Positions 37,359-50,206 of a stretch of DNA of 64,000 bases are shown here, piece by piece. The first letter of the stretch is position 1. Every line of letters starts with the position of its first letter. The stretch is from the NCBI RefSeq assembly GCF_036321535.1, contig NC_087437.1, positions 59,522,001 through 59,586,000 of the forward strand, in the 5' to 3' direction. The DNA is from Camelus dromedarius (Eukaryota). The notes beneath the pieces were generated by a model. It did no database searches. It had not been told where the DNA came from and saw nothing but the letters and a program-made list of their open reading frames with translations. The translations under genes and the position numbers were made by a program.

Positions 37359-38469
37359 CAGTGGGAGTGGAGAAGAGAGGCTTTCCCTATTGTGATGAAA
37401 GCTGGGCAGGCAGAGGGCTGGGGGAAGCAGGGGAGAACCCGGAGGGGGATGGAGAGCTGGGGGGCAGGGCACAGGCTGGAATGGGGAGAACTTTCCCACC
37501 AGGCTAACATCTCCTCCCATCAGTAGAGGAGATATTGTGCCTCTCATTGTGTCCCAGTGTCATTCCTGGTCCATGTCTCTCACCCCGTGCCTGTGTCAGG
37601 GTGCGCTGAGGACAGCATGCGTACATGGGGAGCAGGCACCACGGAAAGGCCCAGCCGGAGGAAAGAGAGAGGAGAACCAGCAGCACTCACAGAAAAGCAA
37701 CACTTTTCAGTACTCAGCCCAGAACAAGACCTGCCACCACAAATCAGAGCCGCAGCCCCTGGTGCCCAGCGTTGTGTCTCCCAGTTACCCACCAAGGGCC
37801 ATGTCATTGGGGACATGGGACTGTGTCGCTCCCACCTGGTATCTGCCCTGGGCCCAGCCTGGAGTGTCCAGCAGAGTTGGTTCACGCATCTTCACTCAGA
37901 GACCTGGTCCTCCACCCCTACCCTTTATTTCCTGTCCTCATTTCTGCCCTCTGATTTCATAGGACTGTATTCCTGCTCTTTCCCTCTCTTCTGCTCTGAG
38001 GACAGGAAATCTAAAGCAGCCCTCAATGTCCCACAGATGAGAAAAGCAATAAAAGTGGGGAGAAAAGGGGTGGAGGCTGTGTTCTGAATAAGCAATCGAC
38101 CTGGCATTTGCAAGCTCCACTGAGTCTCTGGCTGATCTTACCCAAGGTGCCAAATGAAGTAATGCTGAGTGGAGGCTCCACTTCTCAGCATCCGATGCCA
38201 TCAATCTAGACCCGGCTGGCAGCACCGACTTCCCTTGAAAAACATTTTAAAAAGAAAAGGTCAGAACCATTTGTTTCTGCATGTGAATGAATTCAGAAAG
38301 CCCTGGTTTCTCATCCTTGGAAGACTCAGCACGAACCCAGATGGCTGCTTCAAACCTTCCAGAACAAGCTCTTTGGGCAAAGTGAGACTTTCCAAGGCAA
38401 ATCCCCCCATCTGAGCCCATCCGTTAGCAGTCAGTCCCCTGAGTCACCTGTATCTAGTCACAGAGCAGA

Positions 38470-38725
38470 GCAATGTGTGATGGCATGAGGTTTGGAGTTG
38501 GATTGTTGAGGTTTGAATCCTAATCTTTTTACTTACAAGCTGTGTGATGTTGGGCTTATTACTTAATGTCCCTGAACCTTTCTAATATGTAAAATAGGTA
38601 AAGTGAATAAGAATAAGCACTGTCTCATAGGATTCTTGTGAAAATCAATTGGAATAATAAATGTAGAATGGTTAGTATATTGCCTGACATACCGTAATAT
38701 GGTGGTTCATAAAAGTTGGTCGTAA
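38470..38725 (+). mobile_element. MIR
   Basis: ggtttgaatcctaatc...acttacaagctgtgtgatgttgggc...tctcataggattcttgtgaaaatcaattgg. Confidence 0.8.
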
Positions 38726-38744
38726 TGACAGTAATAGATAAAAT

Positions 38745-39153
38745 AGTCCTGAAGTCATCTGAAGACTTGACTGCATGGGACTGTTCCAAGTGGCTTCTTT
38801 ACTTGCATGTTTTGTCCTCAGCTGAGATGGCTTGAACATCTGGGGGCTGGCTGGGCATCTCTTTCTCCATGTAGCCTCTTCAAGTGGGCAGATTGGGCTT
38901 CCTCACAGCATGGCAGGCTCAGAGAAGTCAGACTTCTTACATGGCAGCTGGTTTCTTCCAGAGCAAACATCCTAGGAGACCAAGAAGCTGGAAGTCTTAT
39001 GACCTAACTTCAGAAATCATGCGGCAGCATCACTTCTCTGCCACACTCATTTGGTTCCACAGGGTCAGCCCTGATTCAACACAGGAGGTACCTACTCAAG
39101 GGTGTCAACCACAGAGAGGGGTCACTGGGGCCATCCTCGAGACCAGCTACCAC
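38745..39153 (-). mobile_element. MaLR LTR (MLT1H-like)
   Basis: ttgggcttcctcacagcatggcaggctcag...gacttcttacatggcagctggtttc...ggggccatcctcgagaccagctaccaca. Confidence 0.8.
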
Positions 39154-39292
39154 AGTAGCCATCAGCTTCTTCTAATGCAATGTTGAAAGGAGCTCTGGGT
39201 TTCAAATTGGAGACTTAGATCCAACATTCTTAGTCTTCCTTGTTGAAGGGGCCACTCTGAAATGAGGCTGCTGTCACTCCCTAATGTCTGAG

Positions 39293-39293
<1 letters not shown>

Positions 39294-39333
<40 letters not shown>

Positions 39334-39342
39334 TATGTGTGT
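39294..39342. repeat. (TG)n microsatellite
   Basis: Perfect (TG) run 39294-39330 followed by an imperfect extension. Confidence 0.95.
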
Positions 39343-40239
39343 GGGCTCCAGGAAGTTTACTTTAGCTCATCACCTGTCCGGTTCATTGTTGGCACTGAAT
39401 AAACTGTACAATTCAGAAGAAGAGTTGTTACCTCGTGCTACTATGCCAAAGTCCTTCTGAATGGAATTTCTGCTAACTCAGGGTGAGTTATTTTTAAAAA
39501 ATTCTTTTAAATGGTTAAGCCAACTGATCTAAGAAATCTCACCAATGCCTTCATTTTCTCTTGACCTCCATTTTTTTTTGAAACCTACCAGAAAGCAGGA
39601 CACATACTCACTGGGGATCTTACATGAATTGCCAAGCAGCTGGAAAGAACTCAAGGTGACAAATTACTGACATTGTCTCTTTAGGCTGCACTCAGGGCCC
39701 CGGAGAAAGCCACTTAGCCTCTCAGTGGCTGCTCTATACCTTAGGTGAGGCTCTGGGCCTCCTGGGGTGGGGAGGGATCAAAGGCCTCAGTGGACGCTCT
39801 GCCCAGCCTGGAGCACCATGGGTGATAGGGAGACTGAGGTGTCAGTCGCACCTGTACCCTCCACATCCAAGCTCTCAACACTCCAAGGAAACTCTTTACC
39901 AAGTCAGAAAGCAGCAAACAGACTTGCTGCTCCTAAAAACCCAGGGACATTTGCCTCTTGCATAGGGAGGGAAATGTCCCATCTACAGACATATAGGATG
40001 TTGGTTAAAGGAGGAGATGCCTGAGAACGTGGGCCATAAACCCAGAAACCCTTTTTAAGGAGGTATCTCTTTGGAAATATGGCTTCGTGGAATGAGCTCT
40101 GACCTGGGAGTTGCTCTGGTTCTGCTTTTACCTGGACATGAGCTCTCCAGGTGGAGACTTTGTCTCATGGGTTCAGTTCCAGAACATGCTGGTGGAATCC
40201 CACATCTTATGCTCAGTCCTGTGCTCTAAGCTTCAGGCC

Positions 40240-40805
40240 CACACATCCCACAGCCTACCAGACAGTCTCCTCTGGACATCCCATGAATACCTCCCCTAAA
40301 GCATCCAAAGTTCATTGCCCATCCTCTGTAACTCCCACCTCCAACCCATTTCCCTGGTCCTGGGTAGTGATCTCTATCCATCCAACAACCAAGACAGGAA
40401 CCCTGAGCTCCATCCATCCCTTATCACATCTAACCAGTCACTATGCCCTTCAGTTCTCTCTCAGAATTGTCTCTGAATACAATGCTCAGCCTTCATCCTT
40501 CCCACTCATCCTGCAGCTGCAGAGTCCAGCCCACACTGCATCTTACCTAGACTATGAGACGGCTTCCAGTGGACCCACCCTCTCCACTCCCTTACCGCAG
40601 ACAGACCCAGGCTCCTCCTTCTTGAGACCAAGTCCAGATAAGGGAGAAAAACACGGTGAGAGCTACTGATTAGCTGTGTTTCCTGGTGTCTGGGGCACAT
40701 TATTTCCCTACCCTGGGTCTTTTGAGCCTTCATCTACAAAGTAAAGGCATTGGATAAACTAAACTCTTCTAGAAACTCTTGCCTATTCTAAGATTCTGTG
40801 ATTCT
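40240..40805 (+). mobile_element. L2 fragment followed by a MIR/MIR3 fragment
   Basis: L2-like ctctatccatccaacaaccaagacaggaaccctgagc; MIR-like tgagccttcatctacaaagtaaaggcattgga...tctaagattctgtgattc. Confidence 0.55.
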
Positions 40806-41392
40806 TCTGAGGAAACTTCTGCAGAGGAAAAGCATATCTGACCATAAGCTTCAGGAAGCCTCCTGCCATCTGAAGGAGGAAAATCACTAACGTCTCCTCA
40901 GTGCAAATTAAAGTCATTGAACTGAATCCAGTCCAGTTCAGCAGGAAGAAATACCTCTGGGAAGAAAAAGAGTGTGCTGGAAATAAAAGGTTGGAAAGAT
41001 TCCCTTTGGGAACAGCTGATCTTTCAGAGACATGGCAGTGAACACCCAGAGGCCTCTGTAGACATCAAAGAGCTCTTCTTTTCGGGGTTAGGCGAGTGGA
41101 GTCAACACCCACTCTGAGAATGTGGAGCTGGTCAGGAGCCCCAGGCTGTGGGGTTGCCTCTGCTGTATGACCTGTGGTAAGTTACTCCACTTGTCTGGTC
41201 TGCTTCTCCAACTCTAGTTGCAACTGATGATCTCTAGGCTGATACTAAGTCATCTCAAAGGAAGTGGGTGAGCCTTACAGGATCTTAGGATCTGTCCTGG
41301 GTCCATGGGAAGTTAAGGAGGTTCCTGTTTCTCCCAAAGTCTTAGTTAGAATCCAGAAGTTTTAACAAAGAAGAAAAGTGGAAGAAAGGAGC

Positions 41393-41511
41393 TGCGATGG
41401 TTGATTTTATGTGTCTGTAAACTTGGCTAGGCCATGGTGCCCAAATCTTCAAACATTATTGTGACTGCTTCCTGTGAAGGTGTTTTTTCATTTGTTTGTT
41501 TCTTTTCTTTT

Positions 41512-41607
<96 letters not shown>

Positions 41608-42000
41608 TCCTTCTCTCTTTCTCTCTTTCTCTCTTTCTCTCTTTCTTTCTCTCTTTCTTTCTCTCTTTCTTTCTTTCTCTTTATCTTTCTTTTTTCTGGA
41701 TGAGATTAAAGTTTACACTGGTAGATTTTAAGTAAAGCAAATTACCCTACATAATGTGGGTGGGCCTCATCCAATCAGTTGAAGGCCTGACTAGAACAAA
41801 GACTGACCTCCTCTGAGCAATAGGAATTCTTTAAACTCAAACTGCGACTCTTCCCAGGGTCTCTCGCCTGCTGGACTACACTGCAGATTTTGGATTTACT
41901 AAGCTTCCAAAATCAGAGGTAGGGGAGGTCAATTCCTTAAAATAAATAAATACGTATACATATCTTGTTTCTGCTTCTCAGGGGAACCCTGACTTACACA
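41393..42000 (+). mobile_element. ERVL solo LTR (MLT2-type) with 5-bp TSD
   Basis: Begins tgcgatggttgattttatgtgtc, contains cataatgtgggtgggcctcatccaatcagttgaaggcctga, ends gaaccctgacttacaca; TSD ggagc at 41388-41392 and 42001-42005. Confidence 0.9.
41499..41697. repeat. (TTTC)n / (TC)n pyrimidine microsatellite inside the MLT2 LTR
   Basis: Directly visible. Confidence 0.95.
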
Positions 42001-42284
42001 GGAGCTAGCTCTACTACCTAGAGCAGATGAATAGGCCTTAAATTGTAAAAGCATTACAAGCTCTGCCAAGGTTACCAAAAGATCCTGAGTCCAGCTATAC
42101 TTTCCAGATGACTTCCAGGCTGCTCCCTACAGGGACTATGAGATGGTACAGAACTCTCTCTGGAATCCAAGACCTTCCTGCTCTAAAGGAGCATTTTTCC
42201 TGTAGGTAAGTACCACAGGTAAAGTCAGAGGAGGCCTGGAGTCGGGGCAGGGTCAACTCCCTAGAGCATCTATTTTGGTAATAA

Positions 42285-43090
42285 TTAACATTGACTAGCT
42301 CAGGTATTGTATATAGTTTCTTCATAGTATATGATTTAGTCATCAAAACCTAGGAAGCAGGTACTGTTAATATCCACTTTCCAACGATGAGGAACCTGAG
42401 GCAGCATGAGGTTAAATTACTCCTTTACCTGGAGTGGACACTGTGTTCTTCCGCCTGGTGGGTACCAGGAGCTCTACATGTTGGGTTGCTTGCTGGGGAC
42501 AACCCTATGAGCTAGATGGTACACCCATATTGTTCAAGTGAGAAGCTAAGACCCAGAGTGGTCAAGTAGTTTCATAGGGTCACACAGCTAGTAGTGGCAG
42601 CGTCAAGATTCAAACTCAAGTCCTTCTGACCTTGTCCCAAGCTCTCTCTATCCAGCCATACTGTTCCCACCCACATTTGCTGCATAGGGACTCCCATCTA
42701 TCCCCACTGTTTACCAGCCTACTGACCCCCTGGTCACATTTCACTATAATTATTACCATGAGTCACCATCATCTTGATGGTAATTACACCTGTGTTTGCA
42801 TAATACTGTGCAGATCGTCAAGGGCTTTAACATACTTGCTTCACTCCGCATGGTGAGCCAGGGCAGTCGATAATATCCCCTGTCCCACAGGGGCTGGTTG
42901 AGGCCGAGGGTGAAGGATGGAAGCTAATATTGACCAAGTACCAGCTGCCCTTTAGGGTGGTGCTTGGGGCTATGACAGGACTTGTCTGATTTATTTCTCT
43001 CCGCAATCCTGTGAGATGACTGCCTCCATTTGGCAGATGAGGAAACTGAGTGTATAGAACAGCCATTGCCAGGTGAGGTCATGGGAAGAA
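42285..43090 (-). mobile_element. Cluster of MIR fragments
   Basis: gatgaggaacctgaggc; agggtcacacagctagtagtggcag...gattcaaactcaag; ccatttggcagatgaggaaactgag. Confidence 0.75.
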
Positions 43091-43439
43091 TGGATTTTCC
43101 CACAGGGTTGTTGAGATGCTTTGCACTGGCCCACTCCCTGTCGCTCCTGGAGACCTGGCTTCCCATGGACTTCACCCAACTCCCTTTTAAGGAAGTGCTC
43201 CTGAGTCTCCCCTTCCAAATTCCAGTTCCTAATTAATCTCAAATCATTGTTGAGAAGAGAACATGGAGAATGAATTAATGCTCTGGAAGCACAGGAAATT
43301 TACTAACTCCTTCCTAGTAGCTTTGTAGAGAGGAAGCACTCTCATTCCAAAAAGCCTCTGATCTCCATCTTGGAATCAGAGGTCACATGATTGTGTGATC
43401 TGGAGCTGAAGAGACTGTGTGAGGCATCTCCCTGGCCCC

Positions 43440-43932
43440 TGCTCCCCAATCCTACCCCAACCTCACCCAGTCCCCCAAGCCATAAACCCAGAGGTCATCC
43501 ACGACTCCCCACTCTCCACTCCCTACACGTCCAATCCAGCACCAACCCAGCTAGATGTAGTGGCCAGACTCTCCTAGAAGCTACCACTCCTACCCTGCGG
43601 CCATCATCTCTCCCCAGGATCAGGCTAACATTTCTCAACCCCATCCCACGTGAGTTAGTTCTTTGCAGGCACCTGCTCCCTCTACCCTCTCGCTTGCAAT
43701 GCGGGTCACTCTCTGACCCTGTCCATACCCACCCCCTCTAGTCCTACCCCTCTGCCTGACCACACCTTGAAATTAACTCAATGTCTGCTTCCTTCACTAA
43801 ACCGAAGACTTTATAAGAACAAGAACCACATATCTCTCAGTTACCATGATACTCCCAGAGCCTAGTATAGTGCCTTGTATATAGAAAAGGCTCAGTAAAC
43901 ATTTGTAGAGTGAATGGATGAATGAATGGGTG
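43440..43932 (+). mobile_element. L2 3' fragment
   Basis: Tail ctcccagagcctagtatagtgcc...ggctcagtaaacatttgtagagtgaatggatgaatgaatgg. Confidence 0.75.
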
Positions 43933-45759
43933 AGCAATATTATCACAAGTGTCTTAACATCCTGTGCTTTTTTGCCCTCCTCTTCTGAAACCTCCAGTGA
44001 GCTTCCCCAGGTCCTTCAGGGACCAAGGCCCAGGCCTGGTGGTGTGATGTGGCTCTGTCATGGGCCAAATTCAGCCCGCAGTGTCCTGTGGCCCAGCCCT
44101 CCTCCAGTTAGTCCAGTTACTCCCACTCCCTTGCATGCCTCTCCCAGCACCTGCCCCTTCCTCATCACCAAGCCACACCTCACACCCACATCTGCATGGC
44201 CTGGTCGCAATTTCCCTCCTGTGGCCATGCTGGGTCCCGTTTACTCCTCCTGCCTCGGATCTGACCTTCCTTGAGGCCAGCAGTGAGCTAAGGAGTTAAG
44301 CTTGTGACTGAGAACTTCAGTAGCCTGTGCCCTTGGTCCTTCTCTCTCTGATGGGCTGCTTCCCCAGAATGGAGGATAACAAAGCATATCTCTGCGTTAT
44401 GCTCCAGCAATTTGCGTTATCCAAGTTCTCTGCTACAGAGTGCAACGCCAGTGATTAAAAATTTAAACACACAAGAAGGTCATGTTCATGTTTTGTGGGA
44501 AGAGCAAGGTGTTGAGGTCAGTATTACTGTCTTAGGCTCTGGGCTTGACTGTCCAGCCACGGCTACTGAGGGACAGTCAGCACCCTGGTCACTGATTCTC
44601 CTGAAGTCTCAGTCCCTGCGAATCCAAGTCTTGGGTTAAGGCCAGGATTCTGTGTCCTATTTTCTGACAAAGACATTGGTGAGGTCCCAGGTAGCAGCGC
44701 TGCGCAACTCTTAACACAAAAAATTCTGCAATTTTCCTCCAGGAAAAAGAGAAACTATAAGAATAGACACTGTTTCCTCTCAGAACAGTCCTTCGTTATC
44801 CTAGCAAATTGGGGGCACTGAGGTCAACATCAAAAAGCATGCATTGAGTGTGCCTGGCAAATAAAAAACTGCCCCCAAAAGACTCACTCCAGGAGGACTG
44901 AGGGGAGAAGGAAGGAATCACCGACCTTTTAGGTTTTGCATGCTTTTGTTCTGCAAGTATGTTTTGTTTTTATAATTAAGAACAAAAGGCACATTTTCCT
45001 TCCAATGCCTTCTCCCTTAGGCATGGAATCAGAACTGCAGGATCTCAAGGGGCCAGAGGACCCTTGAAGATCATCTAGCCCAGCCCCCTCCTTGTTGGGA
45101 GGTGGGGGGTGGCCAGAAGGTGAGGCACTTGCCCAAGGTCACCCAGCTCAAGGTCATACATCAGGCAGGATGCCTTTGGAGTTCATTTCCCAGATTCATT
45201 TATTTATATAGCAATTGTTCCATAGCTAATCCAAAGGAATGTGGGCTGCTACAAAAAGTGTGGCCTGAAAGTTCCCCAAGAAAAATAAAAGGCAGTTAGG
45301 AGTGTGCTAAAAACCCGAGTGTGACCATTCTGGGGTAGGCTTGTGAAAGCTCAGAACGGAGTGAGAAAATGCTAAGAGAACATGATAAAGGAGGCCCCCG
45401 GGACTAAAAAGCACTCTCTCCCTGTCTATATGTCTACTGATATTTCTATATCCTTTTTTCTGTGTCTTGGGAGAGAGAGAGAAGGCAATTGAGTGAAATG
45501 AGGGTGGGGAGTGGGGGATGGGTGACTAGAGGGGCATATCAGGCAATTTAATGGCTTCTCCTTTCTCAAGCTCCAGAAAAACCCCCAAGCTGCAAGGGGA
45601 GAGCCTGGGAAGAGACGGCCCAGAGCCCTTTGGAAATCCTGAGGGGAGGAGCTTCCTCACAGTCCGTGCTGAGGGGACTTGGGAGGCCAGAGGACTGGAA
45701 GGGGATGGTCCCCAGTGAGCTAGGATCGGTCAGGGAGGCGAGGGTCCTTCTTTTCCCAT

Positions 45760-46290
45760 TGGTTGCTGGTGTAGAATGCTGGCTCCCCAAGATACCACCG
45801 AAGCAACCTGCTGATGAGAAAACACTGAGTTTATTCCTACTGCAGTGAGGGAGGGTTCTACTTCAACAGGGTCTTAGGAGTGTCCTGGAGGAAGTCGGAC
45901 AAAGTCAAGATACTTACTGGGATTTCTAAATCTTGTTTAAGATGAGTCTTACAACTGCAGGGGAAAGGCAGCGCCTGATTAGGACTGGGTAAGGCTTGTG
46001 ACATACTCGTTTAGGACTGATGGTCACAGCAAGGCAAAGACTTTGAGGCAATGGGTTCAGAAACGTGGAAATTGTCATTTGTTGCTTTCTATTAATGAGT
46101 TGGTAAGTGTTTCAGGAAGCTCTTGCCATGAACAATAAATTATCTGCAACTTTTATCTTGCTGGGAAAGAGGTTTCTAGAATGGTTAATGACGAGTTTTC
46201 TGAAATGGCTCATAAAGTTATGTTGATGAAGATAGCAGAATGATTAATAGAGACCGTAAGCTGATTGGGTGCCATGGCTTCGGTTCTCAC
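45760..46290 (-). mobile_element. Probable ERV LTR remnant
   Basis: ctgagtttattcctactgcagtgaggg (antisense AATAAA), with LTR-like organisation; family not identified. Confidence 0.35.
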
Positions 46291-46379
46291 TGGCAGACCA
46301 CCCCGGAGTGTTATGCTCGGTTCTGGGCAACCACTTTTAAGGAACATCAACAAATTAGGGCCTGTCTCAAGGTTAATGA

Positions 46380-46665
46380 TGAGCACTCTGAAGCAACGTC
46401 CTGTGGCAAATGACCGGAAGAACTGGGGTATTCAGCCTGGGGAAGTGGAAAGTCTGGGACCTGCCCCACGACAAAGGTATGCTGTGGGGGTGAGGCAGTT
46501 GCCCTGTTCTCTAAAGGCCTGGAAGGCAGAATTAGGACCAATGGTCGAGACACACAGAAGCAGGCTCAGTTTGGCTTAAGAAAGAAATTTTTAAGAGTTA
46601 GAAGGGATGGGCTGTCTAACAAGGTGCTTAGCTCTCTGCCAGGAAAATTACTCAAGGAGGTAATG
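46380..46665 (+). mobile_element. CR1/L3 fragment
   Basis: gaagaactggggtattcagcctgggga...ggcagaattaggaccaatgg...taagaaagaaatttttaagagttaga. Confidence 0.65.
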
Positions 46666-47273
46666 TTGACATTGTTGTGGAAGTCATTCTTGGATTTACT
46701 TTTGGATTCTTCTCTCTCTTTCTCTTCTTTTTTTAAAAGTACTGCTTAGAGTTTAAGGTCAAGCTCAAATACTCCCTCCTTCCATGAGGCTGCTTGATCC
46801 CTCCCCAGTTACAAATGATGGATAACTCTTATTGCGGTACCATTCCCACGGCATTATCACCATCTACCTACCATTACTGAGAGGCTCTGCCTGCCTGGTG
46901 ACTTTTAGCAGGGCCTGTCCCCTCTCTCAGCCTTGGTTTTCTCATCAGTAAGATGGCGGATTTAGGAATTCGAGCCAGCCTTGGGCAAAGTGGCTCTCAG
47001 TGAGCTGAAAAGATGGCAAAAACCAAGACACAGATACACATGGAAGCTGTCCTCTAAGGCCTACAGAGAAGTCTTGGGAAAGAGGATGATGACTTGTTCT
47101 TTCTGATTCCAGGGGGAAGAAATCGGCCTCCATCATGGGCTTAGTTCCCAGGATCTGACTGGTATCAGCGAGGACATCCTAATAACCAGTCTCTGCTTGA
47201 GGGAGGAAGGGAGTGAGCGCTCGGTTCCTGGAGGTGTTCTGGCAGAGACCTGTGAAGGGAGTGTGGGCAAGCT

Positions 47274-47800
47274 TGTCAGTTAGGAGGCTTAAGGCTGCAA
47301 CTGACAGAACCACAGACTAAACGTTGCTTTAACAGTAATGAATTTGTTATCTATCGTAATAAGAAGTCCTGTTACCTAATAAAATTGGGTAGATGACGTA
47401 GCACATCAAGGATGTCAGGGCTCTAGGACAGCGTCTCTGGGGTACTCTTGAGTTTCCCCTCATGGTCCAGCCACAGTTGGGAGTACCATCTCCTCATACA
47501 CACCCCCCCAAATACAGGAAGGAGCAGGTACTGAGTTTCTTTTTACAAATGAAGGAAATATTCCCAGAAGCCCTCACAGGCTTCCTTTTATACCTCACTG
47601 GCCAGAGTGGAGTCGCATTGGTGTGCCTCCTCCAGTCACCAGCAAAGAGAGAGGAATTAGCTTCATTAGCTTAAATTGGTCAATGAGTGTGGGGAATACC
47701 CATGAAACACCTGGGCACTCAGTACCTGAACAAAATTGGGGTGCTGTCAGCAAGGAAGAAGGGGGTGTCGCTGGGCAGGCCATGGACACAGTCTGCCGTA
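47274..47800 (-). mobile_element. MaLR LTR (MLT1K-like)
   Basis: tgtcagttaggaggcttaaggctgcaactgacagaa...caaaattggggtgctgtcagcaaggaagaaggggg. Confidence 0.7.
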
Positions 47801-48102
47801 GCAGGGGTTTTTGACCAGACAACTCTTGAGCTGGATGCCAGCTCTTTGATTCTATTTCCAGAGTTCTTTCCAGTTTGAGAATCTTAGTTTTTATAAGTTG
47901 CCACTTCTTTTTTTTTAATTGCTTTTCTGACTTTCTTATGGCCCAGTTTCCCTGCCCCACTCCCTGTCTTGGAGGTTGCAGTTAGGCCCTGGTGACACAC
48001 TTGGCACGGGAAGGCTGTGAACACAGCCCTGACGAGCTGGGTGTGGGCCCAGACAGTAAATGCAGCAGTTAATTGTTTTCTTCTCTCCCTCAACTGCCCT
48101 GC

Positions 48103-48141
48103 AAAAAAAAAAAAAAGAAAGAAAGAAAGAAAAAGAGAAAG

Positions 48142-48175
<34 letters not shown>

Positions 48176-48200
48176 GAAAGAAAGAAAAAAGAAAAAAAAA
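48103..48200. repeat. A-rich / (GAAA)n tract
   Basis: Directly visible. Confidence 0.95.
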
Positions 48201-48607
48201 TAGAGGAGACTGAGAATCAAAGCATGAGCTGAGGAAAGGCCGGCCAGCTCGCTGCAAAGGACACACCTGCTTTGATTCTGCTCTGAACCGCATCCTTCAT
48301 GGCCCCAGGACGGACAGACATTTCAGAGGCTTGAAATGGGGTGGAGATATGCTTGCTGGGTTGGTCTCTTTATCCGTCTAGGACTCCTGAGATAACCTGA
48401 TGTAACCAGGGTTGTTCTGAACTAATCTGAGCTGGCAGCCCAAAGGCAAAGTCTGCCCCAGTGTCCAGGCCCTGAAGGCCAGGATGTGGAACGGGAAGGC
48501 TGGGCCTTGAGCTTTCTCTGTGTGAGCCAGGGCCCTGCCTCCCAGGAAGACCCACATAATGAGGGTTCTTGCAAAACAGGAAAGGAGAGGTTAGATTCTG
48601 GGCCTGC

Positions 48608-48634
48608 AAAAAAAAAAAAAAAAAAAAAAAAAAA
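48608..48634. repeat. A27 homopolymer
   Basis: Directly visible. Confidence 0.95.
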
Positions 48635-49609
48635 TGAAAGGCCAACGTCCACCGTGTGTTTTCAGAGGCGTGGCTCTTCTTGCCTCTCAGCCACCACCCT
48701 TCACATCTGCCCACCTGCTCCCAGCCCCAGCTCCCTGTTCTGCTGAGAAATTCAGCCACAAGACGCTCTGGCCACCTGCATTTGCCACACAGCTAGCAGG
48801 GGCGGAGGGAGGCGGAACACTCAGCCTGTGGTAACTTCTCATCAGTCTCATAATTCTGAATCTGGATACGCTACACGTTGCAGACGGGGAGACTGGCAGA
48901 CCGGAGATGCAGGTACACTGTGGAAAGTGAGGACTGGCGTCACACTGGCTGTGATGACGATGATGCACTAACCATGGGCATTGGTTAGAGACCACTGACG
49001 CCCATCCCCAGTCACTGAAGCCTCGAGGGTTCCAGACCCTGTGCTAAGTGCAGTTGAGGTGACAGGTGGGACTGATACTGGGGTCTGTCCTCAGGGAAGT
49101 CATAGACAGCCTGCTGGAGGTAAGGCACACACATACACGCTCATGAAAAAGTCAGGCTACGTGGGCTCAGATAAGGCAGGACAACATCCTATGGAATCAC
49201 TTATAGCACCTAAAAGAAGGTTTAATTATTACTGATTTCTTACTATGAGTCCAGTTCCACGTAAGCTTCTGACATGGTGATTTCAACCTGACTCCTAACT
49301 CTATGCGTCTGCTAAGATTATTCACAGGTGAGTAAACTGAGGCCCAGCATGAAGCAGTGGATACAGGCTTTGGACTGAGAGCCTCTGATTCCAGAACTTG
49401 CAGCCTTAACCACACTACCTCTAGCACTAGGCATATAGTCGATACCCAAAATGTATTTGTTAAATGCCTGAATGAAATACCAAAGTACAATTCAAGCAAA
49501 GCTGTGTGGGCACTCAGAAAAGAGAGAAAATTCTGGTTGGGATGGTTAAAGGAAGTTTCATGAAATTCTCTTCAGACTCAGAGTGATAGGGAGATTGGGA
49601 GAAGGGCAT

Positions 49610-50112
49610 GTGTGGCAGATGGATGCTGAGGTGGCCCCGTGATGCCCTCCTCCTGACGTTCATGCTCCGTGCAAACCCCTCCCTTGAGTGTGGGCAGGAC
49701 TTGTGACTTGCTTCTTAACCACTAGAATACACAAAGACAACTGAGGTCACTTCCACAATTACATGACATGAGATTGGAATGCTCGTCTTGCTAGAAGACC
49801 CTCTCCCTTGCTGGCTTGGAAGAAGCAAGCAGCTCTTTTGGGGAAGCCCATATGGCAAGGAACCAAGTGCAGGTTCTGGCCAATAGCCAGCTAGGAATGA
49901 GGGCAACCTTTGACTGACAGCCAGCAAGAAGCTGAGGGGCTTGGTCCAACCACCTGCAAAGGCCTGAATCCTACTAACAACCATGTAAACTGGGAAGTGG
50001 ATCCTTCTCCCATTGAATCTTGAGATGAGACCAAGAAGTGATGAGATATTAAATGTGTATTATTTTAAGCCCCTAAGTTTGTGGTAAAATTGTTATGTTA
50101 GTAGATAACTGG
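49610..50112 (+). mobile_element. MaLR LTR (MLT1F-like)
   Basis: cccctcccttgagtgtgggcaggacttgtgacttgcttc...ccagcaagaagctgaggg...ttttaagcccctaagtttgtggtaaaattgttatg. Confidence 0.85.
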
Positions 50113-50206
50113 AGGGGGATGGGTAGAGCTCAATGGTAGAGCACATGCTTAGCATGCATGAGGTCCTGGGTTCAATCCCTAGTACCTTCATTAAAAAAAA
50201 AAAGGA
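50113..50206 (+). mobile_element. tRNA-Ala-derived camelid SINE (Vic-1 type)
   Basis: gggggatgggtagagctcaatggtagagcacatgcttagcatgcatgaggtcctgggttcaatccctagtacc + poly(A); TSD agataactgg at 50103-50112 and 50207-50216. Confidence 0.92.

Noticed and set aside
37504..38087. Cluster of overlapping 100-176 aa ORFs
   Set aside because: Open in several frames and on both strands in GC-rich DNA, with no recognisable domain or exon structure; consistent with chance.
41434..41735. Phe/Leu/Ser-rich ORFs in three frames
   Set aside because: Translation of the (TTTC)n microsatellite.
50113..50190. Possible tRNA-Ala(AGC) gene
   Set aside because: Poly(A) tail, TSD and disrupted acceptor stem indicate a SINE copy.
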